From positions 64,001 to 128,000 of the forward strand of contig JAZURI010000002.1 of NCBI GenBank assembly GCA_045606105.1: a stretch of 64,000 bases of DNA. Reading direction: 5' to 3'. Origin of the DNA: Spirochaetia bacterium (GTDB lineage: Bacteria; Spirochaetota; Spirochaetia; CADAEX01). This document shows, piece by piece, positions 57,362-64,000 of the stretch. Numbering within the stretch: the first letter of the stretch is position 1; the number at the start of each line of letters is the position of its first letter. The notes under the pieces are model-generated. The model was not told the origin of the DNA, ran no database searches, and saw only the letters and a program-made list of their open reading frames with translations. Position numbers and translations under genes: made by a program.

Positions 57362-58150
57362 ATGAAAGGATATGTAATCGGCTTCTACGATTCCGGAATA
57401 GGGGGACTCCCTTATCTCAGATGGTTGCAGGAAAGAACGGAAAACTGCAGCTACCGTTATCTTGCCGAAACCGCAAACTTTCCCTTCGGTACAAAATCCG
57501 AGGATGAAATAAGGCACATTGTCATAAACAGCATAGGGCGCTTCATCGAAAAGGCTTCTCCCGACATCATTGTAATTGCCTGCAACACCGCATCGGTAAC
57601 AGCGCTGAAGCTGCTGAGAGAAAACTACGAAATCCCCTTTGTCGGGGTGGTTCCTGCCATCAAGCCGGCCGGAATCCTTTCCAGAAACAAGAACATCGGC
57701 CTTTTTGCCACCAACAAGACAGTTTCCCAGGCCTATACCCAGAATCTCATAGATTCCTTTGCATCCGGCTGTACCGTGAAGAAATTTGCCATGCCGGAGA
57801 TAGTCTCCTTCGTGGAGCACAGTATCTTTACGGCATCCCGGGAAGAAATAACAAGAATGATCACACCTGCCGCCGATTTTTTCAAGGCAAACGGAACCGA
57901 CACCATCATTCTGGGCTGTACCCATTTCACATACCTTGAAGAAACCTTCAGGGAAATCATGGGACCCGGTATTTCAATCGTGGATTCAAGGGAAGGGGTA
58001 GGGAAAAGGACACTTTCCCTGCTGGTAGGGAAAAAACCATCAGAATGCTCCGGGGAAAATCTCTTCTTCACCACATCTGAGGAAAAGAAACCGGAAAACT
58101 ACAGGTTTATCAGGGATTATTTCGGATTGGAACCCGGCGGTGAAATCTGA
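57362..58150 (+). CDS. murI: Glutamate racemase
   Basis: DSGIGG, FPFGTK, ACNTAS and LGCTHF. Confidence 0.94.
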   Translation: MKGYVIGFYDSGIGGLPYLRWLQERTENCSYRYLAETANFPFGTKSEDEIRHIVINSIGRFIEKASPDIIVIACNTASVTALKLLRENYEIPFVGVVPAIKPAGILSRNKNIGLFATNKTVSQAYTQNLIDSFASGCTVKKFAMPEIVSFVEHSIFTASREEITRMITPAADFFKANGTDTIILGCTHFTYLEETFREIMGPGISIVDSREGVGKRTLSLLVGKKPSECSGENLFFTTSEEKKPENYRFIRDYFGLEPGGEI

Positions 58151-58347
58151 TCGTCAAGGTCTATGTCGGCCAGGATATCATCCAGGATAAACTCTCCCGA
58201 TTCCTCCTCCGCCTCCTCAAACTCCTGAATCACCTCATCCGGAATTTCCTCAAGGTCAAGAGGCTCTTCGGTATCGGCCGCTGTTACTTTCACAGGACCC
58301 GACTTGATCCATACACCGTATTTTTCAATCTCTTTTTCCATGCTCAT
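58117..58347 (-). CDS. Small, highly acidic hypothetical protein
   Basis: 76 aa, 24 D/E, YGVWIKSGP motif, own -10 box (TAAACT) 6 nt upstream, and fills an otherwise empty gap. Confidence 0.6.
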   Translation of the reverse strand: MSMEKEIEKYGVWIKSGPVKVTAADTEEPLDLEEIPDEVIQEFEEAEEESGEFILDDILADIDLDDQISPPGSNPK

Positions 58348-58425
58348 ACCTGAAGTTTACACCATTTCAGAAAAAATTGGTATATTTTTTTAAAGATATT
58401 AACAAAGACGGACGAAAAGATAAAT

Positions 58426-58920
58426 ATGAGGCATTTTCGCAATCTTGCTTACGCATTCTTTTTCTGTATCCTCACATACCTGGTCCTTTCGGCTTTCTAC
58501 GGAGATACCGGCATGCTGGCCTACGAAGAACTTCAGCGGTACAACTCCAAGCTGGAGCAGAACATAAAGGAACTTCAGGTTATCAATGCAGACCTGGAAA
58601 ACAAATGCCGCATGCTTCAGGACAGTGAAAACATAGTACTTACCGCAAGATCCAACGGCATGATTGCCTCCGACGAGAAGCTGATCATCATAGAAGGCTT
58701 CTGCAGTTCCGACTGCCGGGAAGCAGGTCCGGTCCTGGGCTCCCTCTGCGGAAACCAGATAAAGAACGTCAACAGAATCACCGATATCTCGAAACTCAGA
58801 TTCCTCAGCTTATTAATACCGTTATTGATTTTTCTCTCCGTAAAAATTATATTTAATAAAAATGGTTACAGAAAAAAATCAGGACACTGCAGAGCTTGTG
58901 TCACAGGTTCTGCTGAATAA
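58426..58920 (+). CDS. FtsB/DivIC-family septum formation initiator
   Basis: N-terminal TM, YGDTG, leucine-zipper coiled coil and AR..GMI...E. Confidence 0.72.
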   Translation: MRHFRNLAYAFFFCILTYLVLSAFYGDTGMLAYEELQRYNSKLEQNIKELQVINADLENKCRMLQDSENIVLTARSNGMIASDEKLIIIEGFCSSDCREAGPVLGSLCGNQIKNVNRITDISKLRFLSLLIPLLIFLSVKIIFNKNGYRKKSGHCRACVTGSAE

Positions 58921-59413
58921 CGGAATAGTAATTATCCCTACAGACACAATATACGGATTCTCCTGCCTGCCGGGGCCGGCTGAGCAGCGGCTCAGGGAGC
59001 TGAAGGGCAGAGGAGCCGAAAAGCATTTTCTGAGACTTGCCCTTAAGGAGCAGCTTCATATGCTTACCCCACAGCTCCCGGAGGAAAGATTCCTTTCCCT
59101 GTGGCCCGGCCCCCTTACCCTGATAATGAACAGTCATGAACCCGGTACAACAACCGGTATCCGCGTACCCGACAATAAGTTTCTTCAGGAAATCCTTGGA
59201 AAAACAGGAGCTCCCGTTATTTCATCCAGCGTAAATTTCAGCGGCATGCCTGCCATGAACGACATAAAGGAGATCACCGCACTTTTCGAAGACAAGGTTG
59301 ACCTGATAGTGGACGGAGGAATCCTGCCCGAATCAGCCCCTTCCACCATTGCGGATATCACGGTGAAGCCCTTCAGGATTCTTAGACAGGGAGCCATGGA
59401 GATAAGAAAATGA
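58862..59413 (+). CDS. tsaC: Threonylcarbamoyl-AMP synthase (TsaC/YrdC)
   Basis: PTDTIYG, KGR...K, WPGPLTL, GIRVP, SSVN.SG and PSTI. Confidence 0.9.
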   Translation: MVTEKNQDTAELVSQVLLNNGIVIIPTDTIYGFSCLPGPAEQRLRELKGRGAEKHFLRLALKEQLHMLTPQLPEERFLSLWPGPLTLIMNSHEPGTTTGIRVPDNKFLQEILGKTGAPVISSSVNFSGMPAMNDIKEITALFEDKVDLIVDGGILPESAPSTIADITVKPFRILRQGAMEIRK

Positions 59414-59922
59414 AAGAAAAAGTCTGTCTTGGTATAGGCTCCAACATGGGAGACCGGCTTGAAAATATCCTTACCGCATTCAAAAAGCTCAGTGCCTTCA
59501 TCACAGACCTGAAATCAGCATCGATCTATGAAACCGAGCCCATGTACATGACCGAGCAGCCCAATTTTCTGAATACTGTTTTCAGCGGAGAGACTGAGCT
59601 TTCTCCCGAGGAGCTTCTCCGGATAATACATTCACTGGAGGATGGTGCAGGAAGGAACAGAAAGCTGGCTGGTCCCAAGGGCCCGAGACCTCTGGATATC
59701 GATATACTTCTGTTCGGCCGCAGGATTCTTGATACCGAAATTCTTACGGTTCCCCATCCAGGAATCAGGGAGAGGGATTTTGTCCTGGCACCCCTTACAG
59801 AGCTTTTTCCCGGCTGCACAGATCCTGTCACAGGAGAAAAATATATTAAATTTTTAAGAAAAAAGCCTGTTTCCCTCTATTTATCTTCTGATATTTCTGC
59901 TATACTTCACGGGAATGGATAA
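59410..59922 (+). CDS. folK: 6-hydroxymethyl-7,8-dihydropterin pyrophosphokinase
   Basis: LGIGSNMGDR, YETEP, FLN, GPRPLDIDIL, PHP and RDFVLAPL. Confidence 0.94.
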   Translation: MKEKVCLGIGSNMGDRLENILTAFKKLSAFITDLKSASIYETEPMYMTEQPNFLNTVFSGETELSPEELLRIIHSLEDGAGRNRKLAGPKGPRPLDIDILLFGRRILDTEILTVPHPGIRERDFVLAPLTELFPGCTDPVTGEKYIKFLRKKPVSLYLSSDISAILHGNG

Positions 59923-60640
59923 TGTTGATTTGAGACTTCAGGTTTATATGGCCCGCTGCGGAGTCGGCTCCAGAAGATTCTGTGAAAAGTGTATAGCAGA
60001 GGGACTTGTAAAAATCAATGGCAAGCCCGTAACCGAGATGGGAATCAGGGTAGGCGAGGGTGATATTGTCGAGTACAGAGGAAGAAAGATATACCCCGAC
60101 AGGAAAAAGGTTTACATAGCCTTCAATAAGCCTGTGAAGGTTCTCTGCACCAATGACGATCCCGAAGGCAGAGATGTCGCAATCAACTATTTCAAGGAAG
60201 CCTTCCCATACAGACTCCATAATGTGGGACGCCTGGACTATATGTCCACCGGCCTGATCTTCTACACAAACGACGGAGACTGGACAAAGCTCATAGCACA
60301 TCCTTCGGCACAGATTGAAAAGGAATACATAGTCGAAACAGCAAAGCCTGTAACCGAGGAGCTCATGATGAAATTCGTAAAGGGCTTTGTAATCGAGGGT
60401 GTAAAATACAGAATACAGAAATTCAGCATAAAGAGTCCGGTAAAGATTCATATCATTCTTACAGAGGGAAAAAACAGGGAAATCAGACGTTTTTTCCAGT
60501 TCCATTCCATCAAGGTAAAGAAGCTTCACAGAATCAGGATCGGTTCGGTACGGCTTGAAAGCAGCATGCTTCCGGGTAGTTTCAGAGAACTTACCCCCAG
60601 AGAAGTGGGCAGCTTCATAAAAAAGAAGGAAGGAGTATAA
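59915..60640 (+). CDS. RsuA/RluB-family pseudouridine synthase
   Basis: S4 domain (RLQVYMARCGVGSRR), NKP, VGRLD and EGKNREIRR. Confidence 0.9.
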   Translation: MDNVDLRLQVYMARCGVGSRRFCEKCIAEGLVKINGKPVTEMGIRVGEGDIVEYRGRKIYPDRKKVYIAFNKPVKVLCTNDDPEGRDVAINYFKEAFPYRLHNVGRLDYMSTGLIFYTNDGDWTKLIAHPSAQIEKEYIVETAKPVTEELMMKFVKGFVIEGVKYRIQKFSIKSPVKIHIILTEGKNREIRRFFQFHSIKVKKLHRIRIGSVRLESSMLPGSFRELTPREVGSFIKKKEGV

Positions 60641-61279
60641 ATGGTAATAGCAATCGACGGACCCGCAGGAGTAGGCAAGAGCAGCATCGCAAAGATGATT
60701 GCCGGCAAGATGGGAATTTTCTATCTTAATTCAGGCAATTTCTACCGGGCCGTGACACTCAAGCTCCTCAGGAAGGGAATCAGTCCCGAAAATCAGGGAG
60801 AAGCAGTCAGGATTGCTGAAAACACCGTCATTACCGTAAATGACGGCAGGGTTTTCATGGACGGTGAGGATGTGGAGGATCTCCTTCACTGTGACGAAGT
60901 GGACGCTGTTGTGGCCCCCGTTTCCGCAATAGTGGGAGTCAGGCTGGTGGTGAACAATCTTCTCCGCAGGCTGGCCGGAAAGCTGGACCTCATTTCGGAG
61001 GGAAGGGATATAACCACAGTGGTTTTTCCGGATGCCGACTACAAGTTCTATTTCGATGCATCGGCAGATGCAAGGGCAGCAAGAAGATTCGAACAGGGTG
61101 TAAGCAATCTCTCCCTGGAAGAAATCAGGCAGAAGATAATAGAACGGGATAATATTGATATAAATAAATCTTTTGGAGGACTGAAAATTTCAAAAGATTC
61201 AATTTATATAGATACAACAGACTTGACCATAGAGCAAGTTTATGAGAAAGTACTTAATAGTATTAAAAAAAATCAGTAG
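60641..61279 (+). CDS. cmk: Cytidylate kinase
   Basis: IAIDGPAGVGKSS, SGNFYRA and EGRDITTVVFPDA. Confidence 0.94.
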   Translation: MVIAIDGPAGVGKSSIAKMIAGKMGIFYLNSGNFYRAVTLKLLRKGISPENQGEAVRIAENTVITVNDGRVFMDGEDVEDLLHCDEVDAVVAPVSAIVGVRLVVNNLLRRLAGKLDLISEGRDITTVVFPDADYKFYFDASADARAARRFEQGVSNLSLEEIRQKIIERDNIDINKSFGGLKISKDSIYIDTTDLTIEQVYEKVLNSIKKNQ

Positions 61280-61299
61280 GTAGGTAGGAGTTTTTTCAA

Positions 61300-62985
61300 A
61301 TGGCTGAGAAAGAAATGATCAATGAAGAAACAATTAATCAGACAAATCTTCAGGAAGAATACCTGAAGTCCCTTAATGAACTTGAAGATGGACAGATTGT
61401 CGAAGGTACAATCATCCAGGTAACACCTGACACAGTTTTCATCGATATCGGATACAAATCAGAGGGAAAAATTTCAATTAACGAATTCGAGGAAGCTCCT
61501 CAGCTGGGCGACACAATCAAGGTTGTTCTCGTTAAGAAAGATACACGGGACGGACAGATTGTGGTTTCAAAGAAGAAATACGACGAAAAGAAAATCTGGC
61601 AGGACGTAAAGGCTGCATTTGATAACGGTACACCTGTAAAGGGAAAAATTGCCAAGAGCGTGAAGGGGGGATTCGAAGTAGTCCTCGGTCCGGACATCAA
61701 GGGTTTCCTCCCAATTTCAAAGGCAGATGTTTTCAAGATCGAAGATCCGGCTCCATACATCGGAACAGAATCCATGTTCTACCTTGAAAGACTTTTCAGC
61801 GAAAAGAAAGTCAACATCGTTCTTAACAGAAGAAAATATATGACAGAAGAGCTCTCAAAGAAGAAAGAAGAGTTCTACAGTAATGTAAATGTAGGTGACA
61901 CAGTAGAAGGTACAGTAAAGACAATCGCAACATTCGGTGCATTCATCGATCTGGGCGGTTTCGATGGACTTCTCCACATCAACGACATGAGCTGGGGACA
62001 TGTAACAAAACCAAAGGAATTCGTAAAGAAAGGACAGAAAATTGCTCTCAAGGTTATCAACCTTGACAAGGAAAGCAACAAGATCAACCTTTCACTCAAG
62101 CATTTCAAGGAAAACCCTTGGGATACATTTGAAGACAGATATCATGTAAACGATGTTATCACAGGAAAGGTGACAAAGCTTACAGACTTCGGTGCATTCA
62201 TCGAGCTGGAAGAGGGAATCGAGGGAATGGCTCACATTTCTGAGTTCTCATGGATCAAGAAGGTAAACAATCCAAAGGATATCTTCAAGGCCGGCGACGA
62301 AGTAAAGTGCATGATTCTCGGATACAACCTTACAGAAGGGAAGATTTCTCTCGGTATCAAGCAGGTTGAGGACAACCCATGGGATACAATCGATGAAAGA
62401 TATCCTGCAGGAACAGTGGTTGAAAAACCAATTGTTAAAATCACAAACACAGGTGCATTCATCCAGCTGGAAGAGGGAATTGACGGATTCCTCCACGGAG
62501 ATGACATTTCCTGGACAAAGAAAGTAAAGAATCTCTCTTCAATGTTCAAGGTAGGCGATGTTGTAAAGACAGTTATCGTTAACTGCGACAAGGAACAGAG
62601 AAGAATCAAGCTCGGAATCAAGCAGCTTACAGAAAACCCATGGAGCGCATTTGCAAGAGAATTCCAGAGAGGAAGCATCGTAGAGGGTGAAATTTCCAGC
62701 AAGTCTGAATTCGGTCTTTTCGTAAAGGTAAAGGGCGATATCGAAGGTCTCATCAACAAGAGCAACATCAACGAGGAATTTGTTGAGGATGTTGACAAGG
62801 AAATGGAAAAGTTCAACGTTGGTGACAAGGTTAAGGCCATGGTTACAGAAATCAACCCTAAGAGACAGAAGCTCGCTCTTTCAATCAGAGAGTATAAGAA
62901 ATCACTCCAGAGAGAGGAAATTTCAAGATACATGAGCGAAAATGATGAACCTAAGGCAACTTTGGGAGATTTCATCAAACACTGA
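61300..62985 (+). CDS. rpsA: 30S ribosomal protein S1
   Basis: Six S1 domains (FGAFIDLG, FGAFIELEEG, GAFIQLEEG, FGLFV); DIGYKSEG; strong SD. Confidence 0.96.
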   Translation: MAEKEMINEETINQTNLQEEYLKSLNELEDGQIVEGTIIQVTPDTVFIDIGYKSEGKISINEFEEAPQLGDTIKVVLVKKDTRDGQIVVSKKKYDEKKIWQDVKAAFDNGTPVKGKIAKSVKGGFEVVLGPDIKGFLPISKADVFKIEDPAPYIGTESMFYLERLFSEKKVNIVLNRRKYMTEELSKKKEEFYSNVNVGDTVEGTVKTIATFGAFIDLGGFDGLLHINDMSWGHVTKPKEFVKKGQKIALKVINLDKESNKINLSLKHFKENPWDTFEDRYHVNDVITGKVTKLTDFGAFIELEEGIEGMAHISEFSWIKKVNNPKDIFKAGDEVKCMILGYNLTEGKISLGIKQVEDNPWDTIDERYPAGTVVEKPIVKITNTGAFIQLEEGIDGFLHGDDISWTKKVKNLSSMFKVGDVVKTVIVNCDKEQRRIKLGIKQLTENPWSAFAREFQRGSIVEGEISSKSEFGLFVKVKGDIEGLINKSNINEEFVEDVDKEMEKFNVGDKVKAMVTEINPKRQKLALSIREYKKSLQREEISRYMSENDEPKATLGDFIKH

Positions 62986-63002
62986 GTTTGAGGTTATAAG
63001 GT

Positions 63003-63692
63003 ATGCAACAGGAAGAAAAACCAAACGCACATCAGAGAATCCGCAAGTTTATCTCAAAATATACAAAACCTGCGGCTGTTTTTCTTGTAGCTGTGCTTGT
63101 AGTTTTTGTAGTTGTTGAAATTATAAATTTTGCAAATGCAAAGAAGGCTGAAAAGGCAACTGCCCTTATCGAGGATATCCAGGACAGATACATCGAGGCA
63201 GTTCAGGCAGAAGAGGATCCTGACAAGATTGCAATGTCAAAGTATCAGAGCTATCTGGACGAGATTGACGGCGTAATTGCACAGTACCCTAAGGAATATG
63301 CCGGACTCAGGGCTCTTTTCATGAAGGGCGACATGCTCTATTCATTCCGTGAATATGAAAAGGCAGCAACAGTCTACAGCGAATTTGCAGCAAGGTTTCC
63401 TGATTCCTATGATGCACCTATAGCTATCTATAATACAGGTGTATGCTATGAAAATCTCGGCAAGACAGCAGAGGCAGAGGCTGAATATCTTAAGATTTAT
63501 AACAATTATAAAGAAGATTATGCAATGATGCCTAAGCTTGTTTTCACCTTGGGCAGATTGGCAGAAGGCAGTCAGAAATATGCCGATGCTGAAAAATACT
63601 ACAATCAGATTACAGAAGAATATCCTGACAGCAACTATTCGCTGTACGGTCAGGACAGAATCATTCTGATGAAAGCCAAAGGACAGATCTGA
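63003..63692 (+). CDS. Membrane-anchored TPR protein (YfgM-like)
   Basis: One N-terminal TM followed by TPR helices (FPDS, YPDS motifs). Confidence 0.75.
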   Translation: MQQEEKPNAHQRIRKFISKYTKPAAVFLVAVLVVFVVVEIINFANAKKAEKATALIEDIQDRYIEAVQAEEDPDKIAMSKYQSYLDEIDGVIAQYPKEYAGLRALFMKGDMLYSFREYEKAATVYSEFAARFPDSYDAPIAIYNTGVCYENLGKTAEAEAEYLKIYNNYKEDYAMMPKLVFTLGRLAEGSQKYADAEKYYNQITEEYPDSNYSLYGQDRIILMKAKGQI

Positions 63693-63711
63693 AACTGATC
63701 CTTAAATTTAC

Positions 63712-63752
63712 AAAAACCGGTAACAAAGTATTAACTTTTTACCGGTTTTTTA
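63712..63752. terminator. Intrinsic terminator hairpin
   Basis: AAAAACCGGTAA-c-AAAGT-atta-ACTTT-TTACCGGTTTTT after the rpsA operon. Confidence 0.7.
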
Positions 63753-63767
63753 TTTATAATAGGGTAG

Positions 63768-64000
63768 ATGAAACTTAAGGGCATTTTTACTTTATTCATT
63801 ATATTGACTCTCTCCGCAGTTATGCTCTCATCCTCATGCGGACTCTACTCATATCCTTACATTTCACCGCCGGATGTAAGAACAGTCAGTATCACCGGTG
63901 GTAATGCCATTATCATCAATACCGGCGACAACGATCCCGATGTATTCCGGGGATACGAAATCTACTACAAGTTCTATAATCAGAGTACTGCAGCCAACGA
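63768..64000 (+). CDS. Spirochaete-type lipoprotein (3' partial; absent from the ORF track)
   Basis: MKLKGIFTLFIILTLSAVMLSSS-CGL lipobox and FRGYEIYYKFY. Open to the window end; TATAAT 7 nt upstream. Confidence 0.75.
   Translation, partial: MKLKGIFTLFIILTLSAVMLSSSCGLYSYPYISPPDVRTVSITGGNAIIINTGDNDPDVFRGYEIYYKFYNQSTAAN

Noticed and set aside
62232-62978. 248-aa minus-strand ORF and DNA-level repeats inside rpsA
   Set aside because: Antisense shadow of a biased gene; the repeats are S1-domain duplications.
1-64000. CRISPR arrays, rRNA, IS elements, prophage or defence genes
   Set aside because: No regularly spaced repeats and no transposase, integrase or phage-like ORFs; nearly all sequence is accounted for by the listed genes.

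Overview
A gene-dense chromosomal segment, most likely from an anaerobic Spirochaetales bacterium. This is inferred from the tamB-bamA-skp-mutS order, the short rpoZ next to miaA, rluB-cmk-rpsA, hydF and a spirochaete-type lipoprotein. Most of the window is housekeeping: tRNA-Met, rlmN, hisB, mutL, hydF, phoH-pgpH-ybeY-corC, coaBC, folD, trpS, epmA, a PhoB/PhoR-like pair, an M16 protease, rnz, a GldAFG-type ABC system, tmk, mutS, lon, an RNase II-family nuclease, murI, tsaC and folK. Four things stand out. (1) An 8.3-kb AT-rich, eight-gene glycan-tailoring cassette (4287-12534) is bounded by a 12-bp perfect direct repeat (15/16 when extended). It sits exactly between the convergent stop codons of an O-methyltransferase gene and mutL, and it carries no integrase or transposase. 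(2) An archaeal-type pantoate kinase (COG1829, GHMP family) is paired with an archaeal-looking CoaBC, with no phosphopantothenate synthetase in the window. (3) About a dozen genes have a sigma70 -10 box 6-9 nt before the ATG and no usable Shine-Dalgarno sequence, which suggests widespread leaderless mRNAs. (4) The rlmN stop codon lies antisense inside the tRNA-Met T-loop. No CRISPR array, rRNA, IS element or prophage was seen. All assignments come from motif recognition by eye; no database searches were run.
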